Assembly (NCBI RefSeq): GCF_000601485.1
Contig: NZ_ASRX01000026.1
Span: 12,009-44,008, forward strand
Source of the DNA: Chondromyces apiculatus DSM 436
GTDB lineage: Bacteria; Myxococcota_A; Polyangia; Polyangiales; Polyangiaceae
DNA: 32,000 bases
Direction of reading: 5' to 3'
Under the pieces are notes generated by a model. It did not search any database. It had not been told where the DNA came from and was given only the letters and a program-made list of their open reading frames with translations. How positions within the stretch are numbered: the stretch's first letter is position 1; each line of letters begins with the position of its first letter. A program made the translations under genes and the position numbers. Positions 8,587 through 15,327 of this stretch are shown here, one piece after another.

Positions 8587-9753
8587 TCACTGGCCGAGCC
8601 AGGCGCGCTCGCCCCAGGGACACCCGAAGTCGAACGGCTTGGTGAGGATCCACAGCACCGGGAGGCGCGGGGGCTGCTCCGGCGTCGGCCCGAGCCCGTC
8701 GGTGAAGTAGACGACTCCGTCGACCTTGTGGGAGGCCAGGAAGCCCGGCTCGAACACCGGCCGCAGATCGGTGCCGCCCCGGCCAGCGACGTCGGTGAGC
8801 GCGCCCTGGAAGGGATAGACGCGGGTCACCTCGGTGTCGCACTCGGCGACGATGATCCGGGCGTGGTCCCGCATGGCTTCGAGCTGGCGCGCGATCTCGT
8901 CGAGCTCGCCGAGGCGCATGCTCATGGAGGTGTCGATGGCCACGAGGAGCAGGGGCTTCACGATGGCCCGCGGGGCGTAGGTGCGGCCAGGGACCTCGCC
9001 GATGCGGCCGGGGAAGCGGCGGTTCGGGCGCGCGTACGTGTGCACCGGGGCGCGGGCCCGGGCGACGAACATGCGCAGGGCGGTGCGCCAGTCGAGGAAG
9101 TGCTCGCGCGGGCCGAGGGCGCCGGTGAGGTCTTCGAGGAGGCGTCCGGGGGCGCGCCCCGCCACGAGCAGGCTCGCCGCGTCCTCACCGCCCCGGGAGG
9201 CAGCTTCCTGCGCGGCCTCCACGAGCAGCTTGCGGGTGTGCTCCACGGCGCCGGGATCCCGCGAGGGTGCGCGCATTATACGGTGCTCGTCGACGGTCTC
9301 GCCGTCGCGCTTCTCCAGGCGGCTGCAGTTCGCCGCATCGACGAGGAGGTGGTAGCGCTCCAGGGTGCTCTGGCCGGCGCGGATGCCGACCTGGGCGAAG
9401 GCACGCCAGAGGATGGGGTCGGGGAGCGGCTCCTCGATGTACTCGTTGGCCGACATCTCCAGTGCCAGCTCCATCAGCTCCCGGTCGTCGGGGTCGGCGA
9501 ACTTGGGGTGGCTGAGGTGGCCGAGCGCGACGTGGTGCACCTCGTGGAGGAGCACGCCGCGCAGGTAGACGGGCTCGCGCGCGAACGAGTCGACGTTGAC
9601 GTGCAGGAAGAAGCGGCCGTTGTGCAGCGAGACGGCCATGCGCTTCACCGAGGGGTCCGCGACCGGGGTGAGCCGGGCGAGGATGGCGGCGTAGAACGGG
9701 TACCGCTCCAGGAAGCCCGGGTCCTGCACGAAGGACTGCAGCCACAGGGCCAT
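8587..9753 (-). CDS. DUF2201-type protein: N-terminal putative zinc metallopeptidase domain plus C-terminal VWA-like domain (388 aa; possibly 431 aa from GTG 9882)
   Basis: HExxH motif in LLHEVHHVALGH and a VWA/MIDAS-like LLLVAIDTSMSM near the C-terminal half. Partner of the upstream AAA+ gene. ATG 9753 gives a family-typical N-terminus. An in-frame GTG at 9882 overlaps the ATPase stop (GTGA). The listed 927-aa ORF is a read-through artefact. Confidence 0.8.
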   Translation of the reverse strand: MALWLQSFVQDPGFLERYPFYAAILARLTPVADPSVKRMAVSLHNGRFFLHVNVDSFAREPVYLRGVLLHEVHHVALGHLSHPKFADPDDRELMELALEMSANEYIEEPLPDPILWRAFAQVGIRAGQSTLERYHLLVDAANCSRLEKRDGETVDEHRIMRAPSRDPGAVEHTRKLLVEAAQEAASRGGEDAASLLVAGRAPGRLLEDLTGALGPREHFLDWRTALRMFVARARAPVHTYARPNRRFPGRIGEVPGRTYAPRAIVKPLLLVAIDTSMSMRLGELDEIARQLEAMRDHARIIVAECDTEVTRVYPFQGALTDVAGRGGTDLRPVFEPGFLASHKVDGVVYFTDGLGPTPEQPPRLPVLWILTKPFDFGCPWGERAWLGQ

Positions 9754-9757
9754 CTCG

Positions 9758-9820
9758 CCCGGGGTGCCCGGGGTGCCCGGGGTGCCCGGGGTGCCCGGGG
9801 TGCCCGGGGTGCCCGGGGTG
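9758..9820. repeat. perfect 9-bp tandem repeat (CCCGGGGTG) x7
   Basis: Read directly. On the minus strand it is (GGC ACC CCG)7, i.e. (Gly-Thr-Pro)7 in the DUF2201 reading frame. Each unit contains a CCCGGG palindrome. Confidence 0.95.
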
Positions 9821-9878
9821 CCTGCCGCGTGCGTCGCGCCCGTCGCCAGGCCGGACCTCCCTGTGAAGCCGGCGCTGC

Positions 9879-11297
9879 TCACTGGGGCCGGATCGGCGTG
9901 ATGCCGACCTTCTTCAGCGTCTCCACCAGGCGCAGCGCCCACACCTCGGGGAGCTGCGAGAGGAGCTGGCCGAGGGCGATGCGCGCCGCGTTGCTCCGGC
10001 GCACGTCCGTGAGGCGCGCCTGCAGCTCCAGGTGGGCCCGCAAGGCGGTGACCGCCAGGCCCACCCGGTAGCGGCGCACGGGGTCGGCGCGCCACTGGAG
10101 GATGCGGCGCTCCGCGGCGCTGCCCGGGTAGTTCTGCAGGAGATCGTCGGGCTTCAGGTCGATGAGCGCCGTGGCCGTGGCGTTCCCGCCGAGCGCCTCC
10201 TCCAGGCGCTCGCGGTGGTCGCCGGGGAGGTCGGCGCAGAGCGCCTCGAAGGCTGAGAGGGAGAGCTTGCCCTGCGAGGCGAGGATCGGCACCTCGGGGC
10301 CGGCGAGGAGGGGGCAGAGGCGCGCGACCACCTCGTCGAAGCGGTCGGTCTCCCCGCGCTCGCGCGCCCTGACCAGCTCCCGGGCGGCGGGAGACCCAGG
10401 GCCGTACTCCGCGAGCAGGCCCCGCACGTCGAAGCTGAGCCGGGATGACCAGCCGTCCTTCGCGGCGATGAGCACCTCCACCCAGCTCGGGGGCAGGTAG
10501 CCGGAGAGCGCGTCGCGCATCACCGTCGCGGAGGCGATCTCCTCGGGCTTCAGCACCGAGAGGACCTGAGCGGCATAGGTCCAGGTGCGGGGAGGCACGT
10601 CGTCGAAGGCGCGCTCGTGGGCCCGCACCAGGGAGACCACCCCGGGGTGCACGCCGTTCACCTCGGCCCAGGCCAGCCAGGTGGCGCGGTCGGCGCGGAC
10701 ATGCAGGCCGAGGAAGCGGGCGCGCAGGGCGCGATCGAGCGGGGTGACCTGGTAGTCGGCCGACTCGGGGTTCACCGCGGCGAAGCAGACCCAGCCCGGC
10801 GGGAGCTCGTACTGGTGCAGCCTGCGCGCGCTGAGGAGCTGGAGCGCGGGCTGCTGGATGTACCGCTCCGCGCGGTTCAGCTCCTCCAGCATGAGGATCC
10901 CGGCACCTCCCTGGGGGAGCGCGTCGGGCGGGGCGTACACGGTGCGGCCCTCGTGGATGACGGGCAGGCCCACGAGGTCCGGCGGCTCCAGCAGGCTGAG
11001 GTCGAGCACGACGGAGCCGATGCCGAGCTGCTCGGCGAGCCCGCGCACCAGCTCGCTCTTGCCGATGCCCGTGGGACCTTCGAGCAGCACGGGGCGACGG
11101 GCGCGGTAAGCAACCTCGAGCACCGCGAGGAGGCGGGGGCCGATGGGGATGGCCGCCGCGCGCCCTTCGATGGCGAGGGACGAGGGAGACACGGACGGGG
11201 CGGGGGCCTGGGCTCTCGGTTTTGCCACGGTGGGTGAGGATCGCTGCGGGGAGGAAGGCTCGCGGGAGTCCGCGGCGGCGCGCGGCGAGGAGGTCAT
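9879..11297 (-). CDS. MoxR-like AAA+ ATPase (AAA_5 type) with a 270-aa uncharacterised C-terminal extension (472 aa)
   Basis: Walker A LLEGPTGIGKSE, Walker B/sensor ILMLEELNRAERYIQQPALQLL, and arginine-finger region PLDRALRARF. The ATG at 11297 is preferred over the TTG at 11312 used by the ORF track. Confidence 0.85.
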   Translation of the reverse strand: MTSSPRAAADSREPSSPQRSSPTVAKPRAQAPAPSVSPSSLAIEGRAAAIPIGPRLLAVLEVAYRARRPVLLEGPTGIGKSELVRGLAEQLGIGSVVLDLSLLEPPDLVGLPVIHEGRTVYAPPDALPQGGAGILMLEELNRAERYIQQPALQLLSARRLHQYELPPGWVCFAAVNPESADYQVTPLDRALRARFLGLHVRADRATWLAWAEVNGVHPGVVSLVRAHERAFDDVPPRTWTYAAQVLSVLKPEEIASATVMRDALSGYLPPSWVEVLIAAKDGWSSRLSFDVRGLLAEYGPGSPAARELVRARERGETDRFDEVVARLCPLLAGPEVPILASQGKLSLSAFEALCADLPGDHRERLEEALGGNATATALIDLKPDDLLQNYPGSAAERRILQWRADPVRRYRVGLAVTALRAHLELQARLTDVRRSNAARIALGQLLSQLPEVWALRLVETLKKVGITPIRPQ

Positions 11298-11463
11298 CCA
11301 TGAGCGCGCCAAGCCCGGGCGTTATGCGCGAAATGATCGGGTTCGTCCACGGGCCGCACGCGCCGCGCACAAAAGAGAAGCTCCGGAGCCCCGGCCGTTC
11401 CCGGGGTGGGAAGGCGAGACATCGGAGCTGTGCGCTGCGGGATCAACCTCGAAGGCCGATACT

Positions 11464-11721
11464 TCAGCGCCCGGGAGTTCGTTGTTGCTGCTGTCGCGGG
11501 TTCTCCTGGTTCTGTTGCGGGTTCTGCTGCGGGGTCTGCTGCCGGGTCTGCTGCTGTTCGCCTTGCGTCCCGGCCCCCTCGTACCCAGGTGCGTTCATCT
11601 GGCCTGGCGCGTTCCCCTGCGCTTGCTTGCCGCGGTTGGCCTGGTCGGCCTGGAAGGACTGGTTGTTCGGGTTCTTGACGTTGGCCCTCTGGTCGTTCGG
11701 ATGCTGCTGATGAGGCCTCAT
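11464..11721 (-). CDS. small Q/N-rich, low-complexity hydrophilic protein (85 aa)
   Basis: ATG 11721 with GGAG 9 nt upstream. Host-like codon usage (CAG/AAC/GAC). Sequence MRPHQQHPNDQRANVKNPNNQSFQADQANRGKQAQGN...QQQTRQQTPQQNPQQNQENPRQQQQRTPGR. No family recognised. Confidence 0.6.
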   Translation of the reverse strand: MRPHQQHPNDQRANVKNPNNQSFQADQANRGKQAQGNAPGQMNAPGYEGAGTQGEQQQTRQQTPQQNPQQNQENPRQQQQRTPGR

Positions 11722-11906
11722 GCTGACGCTCCAGTTCCCTGGCGGGTGGGCCCCGATCCCCATGACCGAGGTGTCCGTCGTGCGAGAATCATGGGTCGCC
11801 TTCGCGAGGAGCGGCAGTGGGTCGCGGTCGATCTTCACGCGCCCACAGGCGCACATTCGGTCCGATCTACCGCACGCTGAACAGCTTGCTCCGCGAGGGA
11901 GACGGC

Positions 11907-12266
11907 TCAGCTCCCACCCTCACCGCCAGCGTCGTCAGAGGGCGCGCCGCGCTCCAGCCAGGCCCTGAATGCCGGCGCCTGCTGGGCCATCTGCCACTCG
12001 TCGTGGATGTCCCGCGCCATCGCCCGCGCGCCGCCTTCCTCGGCCATGGTCGCCGCGAGCAGCCACCCCTCGAACGCCTCTACCGTCGGAGCCTCCTCGA
12101 CGGCCCGCTCCAGCAGGCTTCGCTTCATGCCGAGCCCGATGGCGTCGGGCGTGGTGTTCCGCTTGCGCCGCCTGCGCCGCCCGTCAGAGGCCTCCAGGGT
12201 GCGCAGCAGGAGCCGGCAGAAGTCTGCGGGAGACAGGGGCGCGTGCTCGCTCAGGACAGTGCTCAT
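11907..12266 (-). CDS. hypothetical protein translationally coupled to fdhE (119 aa)
   Basis: ATG 12266 overlaps the fdhE stop (ATGA). High GC3. It contains an RRRRRKR patch. No family recognised. Confidence 0.55.
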   Translation of the reverse strand: MSTVLSEHAPLSPADFCRLLLRTLEASDGRRRRRKRNTTPDAIGLGMKRSLLERAVEEAPTVEAFEGWLLAATMAEEGGARAMARDIHDEWQMAQQAPAFRAWLERGAPSDDAGGEGGS

Positions 12267-13258
12267 GGCCACCACCGCCGCAGGCTCCAGCGAGGCTCCG
12301 GGGCCTCCACGAGCGTCACGCCGGGCGCCCGCCCAGGGTCGTCGGGGCGCGCGTAGCCGCGGTCGAGGGCCACGAGGTCCAGGTCGACGGTCGTGAGATC
12401 CTCCAGCAGCACCACCTCCCCCGCCCACGCGCCCAGTGTGGTCAGCGACTTGAGGTAGCCCTTGCACGCCCCGCACGCGTCCACCTTGCGCGCTTCGCCT
12501 CCCTGCTCGGGCATCAGCGCGACGAGCTTCTCGTGGTCCCCTTCACCGCACAGCGAGCACGCCAGCACCGGCGCTCCCCAGTCGGCCCCGCAACGGCCGC
12601 ACCGCAGGTGACGGGTGCGCGCGAGCCCCCGGGCCTCGGCGAGCGTGGGCCATCCCCCGCACACCGGGCAGTACGGCTGCGACCACGCCCTCCGGGCCGT
12701 TGCTCCTGCTGCTCCTGCTGCTCCTGCTGCTCCCGCAGAGGATCCGAGAGCACCGCGACAGGCCTGCAGGAGTGGCACCACCGCGAGCTGTGCCAGCGAC
12801 CCGAGCATGGCGGCCGGCAGCGCGATACGACCCGCGAGCGCCGCAACCCGGCTCCCGTCATGATCGATGGCTGCTTCGAGCAGCGCGAGGAGTTCGGACC
12901 CGTCGAGCTTTGCTGCCTCGCGCAGCGCGCGCTCCGCCCCCTGCCCTTCCGGTGCGCTCCGTGCGGCCACCTCGCAGAGCCGCCCCCAGAAGCGCTTCAA
13001 CGGCCCCTTCGCCAGGGGGATGCGGAGGTTCGTGAGCCCTGGCGCCACCTCGGCCGGAACGGCGTCGCCCCCAGGCAGCGCGCCGCCTTGCGCACCGGAG
13101 GCCTGGCGCTCCGCGAGCAGCTCTGGCGTGATGGCGGACCAGGTGGGCTCCGCAAGCTCCGCGAGCACCACCTCGTAGAGCGCGAGCCACGGCCCGAGCT
13201 CCGGGCTCTTCGCGGAGAGGGCAGTGACCCGCGACCTGGCCGCCGCTGACACGCTCAC
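12263..13258 (-). CDS. fdhE: formate dehydrogenase accessory protein FdhE (331 aa)
   Basis: Four Cys pairs in the characteristic arrangement: CPVCGGWP, RHLRCGRCGADW, CSLCGE and VDACGACKGYLK. GTG 13258 overlaps the stop of the preceding small ORF (GTGA). Confidence 0.85.
   Translation of the reverse strand: MSVSAAARSRVTALSAKSPELGPWLALYEVVLAELAEPTWSAITPELLAERQASGAQGGALPGGDAVPAEVAPGLTNLRIPLAKGPLKRFWGRLCEVAARSAPEGQGAERALREAAKLDGSELLALLEAAIDHDGSRVAALAGRIALPAAMLGSLAQLAVVPLLQACRGALGSSAGAAGAAGAAGATARRAWSQPYCPVCGGWPTLAEARGLARTRHLRCGRCGADWGAPVLACSLCGEGDHEKLVALMPEQGGEARKVDACGACKGYLKSLTTLGAWAGEVVLLEDLTTVDLDLVALDRGYARPDDPGRAPGVTLVEAPEPRWSLRRWWP
12701..12736. repeat. 9-bp tandem repeat (TGCTCCTGC) x4 inside fdhE
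   Basis: Read directly. It encodes GAAGAAGAAGA using GCA/GGA codons, which are atypical for this GC3-rich genome. Confidence 0.85.
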
Positions 13259-13461
13259 CGCGTCGGCACCTTCCGCGGGGTGCCGTGGAACGGGTCCACC
13301 CGACCGTGCACCGCCACCTCCGCCCCGTGGTTGCCTGGATCGGCGCCGGGTCCACCCCCGCGCGACCGCCGCGCCTCCGGGCTCGCGCACGCGCACCCAC
13401 TGAGCGCCCACGCGCCGCCCAGCGCCACGAGCCAGAGGCGCCCCCACCTCTCCCCGCGCAT
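13255..13461 (-). CDS. putative small lipoprotein (68 aa; up to 83 aa from ATG 13506)
   Basis: MRGERWGRLWLVALGGAWALSGCACASPE has an n-region, an h-region and an LSGC lipobox. GC3 is high. Its stop overlaps the fdhE start. Three in-frame ATGs (13461, 13485, 13506) arise from a 21-bp duplication. No homology recognised. Confidence 0.4.
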   Translation of the reverse strand: MRGERWGRLWLVALGGAWALSGCACASPEARRSRGGGPGADPGNHGAEVAVHGRVDPFHGTPRKVPTR

Positions 13462-13465
13462 CCTC

Positions 13466-13507
13466 CAGCCAGCGCCCTCACGCATGCAGCCAGCGCCCTC
13501 ACGCATG
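13466..13507. repeat. perfect 21-bp tandem duplication (CAGCCAGCGCCCTCACGCATG x2)
   Basis: Read directly: 13466-13486 is identical to 13487-13507. The second copy contains the nrfD-like stop codon. Each copy contains an ATG in the frame of the small ORF. Confidence 0.9.
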
Positions 13508-14488
13508 GCCCAGCGCCTCCGACGCCAGCACGATGGCCGCCCGCAGCGCCAGGCTCCCCGCGAGCACCAGCCCCACCCCCAGCGCCGTCACCTCGTGCCC
13601 GCCCCCGGGTGCCTCTCCAGACATCTCCCCGCGCGCCGCGCCCGACGCCTCCCCGCGCGCCGCTCGCCCTCGCGCCGCGTGCCCCCGCGCCCGCACCAGC
13701 GTGAGCGCCAGGGGCGCCACCAGCCCGAGCAGCACCGCCATCCCGAGGAGCACCCCGTACGGCCCCCGCCAGGCCGCCACGGCGGGCCCCAGCCACGCCA
13801 GGAACAGCAGCAGGACCAGCAGCTCCAGCAAGGCCGCCGCGTGCTCCATCCGGGACAGCCAGGGCAGCGCCGGGACGAAGGCTCCCCCCCGCCGCGACGC
13901 CACGAAGCCCACCAGCGCCGCCGAGGCGGCCATCGCCGAGGCGGTGAACAGGAGCCCGAGGAGGGGCGTCTCGGCCCAGAGGGGGCGGTTCGTCACCGAG
14001 AGCAGCACGCCGGTGTAGCCCGCGATGAAGAACGCGAACCCTGCCCCACCGGCCGCGAGCACCTTCCCCCAGATCCCGCGCCCGAGCACCGCGAGCCGCT
14101 CCGGCAACCAGCTCGGCCGCCACGGGTCCGCAGAGAGCGCCCCCACGAAGGACACGAACGAGAACGCGCCGAACAGGAGCAGCGCCCAGGAGCCGATGGA
14201 CATGGGCGACCACCACTTGAACATCACCCCGGGCCGCTGCGACCACAGGAACAGGTGCCAGAAGCGCTCGGGCCGGTCGAGATCGACAATGAGCAGCGGC
14301 GGGCACGCGAGGAGCGCCGGGAGCGACACCAGGTAGCCGAGCCGCGAGGCAGGCCGCTCCTGCGCACCCCCGAAGAGGTGCAGCAGCGCCCCGAGCACGT
14401 AGCTCCCGGCCGAGAGCCCGCCGAAGAAGAAGTAGACGACGATGAGCCAGTGCCAGTGCGCCGGCGCCGTGAACAGGACGTCCCTCAC
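13499..14488 (-). CDS. NrfD/PsrC-family integral membrane (quinone-interacting) subunit (329 aa)
   Basis: N-terminus WHWLIVVYFFFGGLSAGSY is the NrfD signature, followed by about 8 hydrophobic segments. GTG 14488 overlaps the fdnH stop (GTGA). Confidence 0.85.
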   Translation of the reverse strand: MRDVLFTAPAHWHWLIVVYFFFGGLSAGSYVLGALLHLFGGAQERPASRLGYLVSLPALLACPPLLIVDLDRPERFWHLFLWSQRPGVMFKWWSPMSIGSWALLLFGAFSFVSFVGALSADPWRPSWLPERLAVLGRGIWGKVLAAGGAGFAFFIAGYTGVLLSVTNRPLWAETPLLGLLFTASAMAASAALVGFVASRRGGAFVPALPWLSRMEHAAALLELLVLLLFLAWLGPAVAAWRGPYGVLLGMAVLLGLVAPLALTLVRARGHAARGRAARGEASGAARGEMSGEAPGGGHEVTALGVGLVLAGSLALRAAIVLASEALGHA

Positions 14489-15327
14489 GGCGCCGCCCCT
14501 TTCTTTCCCCCGTCGCCGCCGCCGTCACCGCTGGAAGGCCCCTCGGCCTTCGCGCCACGCTTGCGCGTGCGCAGCGAGACGAGGCCCCACAGCCCCAGCA
14601 CGGCCGCGCCGAAGGCCGCGGCGAACGAGCTTCTCCAGAGGTTGCGCGAGGGCAGCTTCGGCGCGACGGGCAGCCCGTACACCTCGGGGTTGTCCACGAG
14701 CAGGTAGAACGAGTTCAGACCCCCGAGGATGGCCTCGTCCCCGTAGATGTAGGCCTCCTCCTTGCCCTGGCTGTGGAGCTGCGCCACGCGGTCTTCGGCC
14801 TTCTTGCGGAGCTGGACGAGGGGGCCGAACTGGATGGAGGCCGTGGGGCACGCCTGCGCACAGGCGGGGGTCATCCCCACCTGCATCCGATCGTAGCAGA
14901 GCGTGCACTTCTGGGCGGTGTGGGTCACCGGGTTGATGTCGATGACGCCGAAGGGACACGCCGGCAGACACGCCCTGCACCCGATGCAGGCGTCCTGCTG
15001 GATCACCACGGTGTCAAACTCGGTGCGGATGATGGCGCCCGTGGGGCACACCTCCAGGCACCCGGCCTGCACGCAGTGCTTGCAGACGTCGCTCATCATC
15101 AGCCAGCGCGACTCGCTCACGCGGTCCTCGCTGAACTGCTCGATGAATTTCACGTGCCGCCAGTGCTCGCCGTCGAGCTTGCGGGTGTTGTCGTAGCTGT
15201 CGCCCGAGAGGACGTTCTGGCCGCCGTTCGTGGAGGAGATCTGGTTCCACGACTTGCAGGCCACCTCGCAGGCCTTGCAGCCGATGCAGACCGTCGTGTC
15301 GGTGAAGAACCCCATCGGCTCTGCCAT
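14485..15327 (-). CDS. fdnH: formate dehydrogenase iron-sulfur (beta) subunit with four [4Fe-4S] clusters and a C-terminal TM anchor (280 aa)
   Basis: Cys clusters CIGCKACEVACK, CKHCVQAGCLEVCP, CIGCRACLPACP and CTLCYDR...CAQACP. TM helix AAAFGAAVLGLWGLVSL. ATG 15327 overlaps the fdnG stop by 1 nt (UGAUG). Confidence 0.9.
   Translation of the reverse strand: MAEPMGFFTDTTVCIGCKACEVACKSWNQISSTNGGQNVLSGDSYDNTRKLDGEHWRHVKFIEQFSEDRVSESRWLMMSDVCKHCVQAGCLEVCPTGAIIRTEFDTVVIQQDACIGCRACLPACPFGVIDINPVTHTAQKCTLCYDRMQVGMTPACAQACPTASIQFGPLVQLRKKAEDRVAQLHSQGKEEAYIYGDEAILGGLNSFYLLVDNPEVYGLPVAPKLPSRNLWRSSFAAAFGAAVLGLWGLVSLRTRKRGAKAEGPSSGDGGGDGGKKGAAP

Noticed and set aside
8421-8588. The 9-bp direct repeat ATGCGATTC framing a 150-bp low-GC segment, interpreted as target-site duplication of a MITE.
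   Set aside because: I found no terminal inverted repeats just inside the direct repeats. The second copy overlaps a stop codon. There is no transposase and no other copy in this window. I keep it as an observation only.
9758-9820. The tandem repeats (here and at 6822, 8508, 12701 and 13466) considered as a possible CRISPR array.
   Set aside because: The units are 9-21 bp and directly abutting with no spacers, and there are no cas genes. They are microsatellite or slippage repeats.
8587-11370. A 927-aa minus-strand ORF that appears to fuse the ATPase and VWA regions.
   Set aside because: Upstream of about 9882 this frame is off-frame text (RRAR/PGAP-rich). The ATPase motifs lie in a different frame (ORF 9879..11312). 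Only the 3' 388-431 codons are real.
11371-11408. Possible intrinsic terminator after the Q/N-rich ORF (CCCCGG-GAACGG-CCGGGG followed by CTCCGGAGCTTCTCTTTT on the minus strand).
   Set aside because: The T-run is separated from the main stem by about 13 nt, and the second palindrome (CTCCGGAG) is too short. It is plausible but not canonical, so I mention it under the finding and do not list it as a feature.
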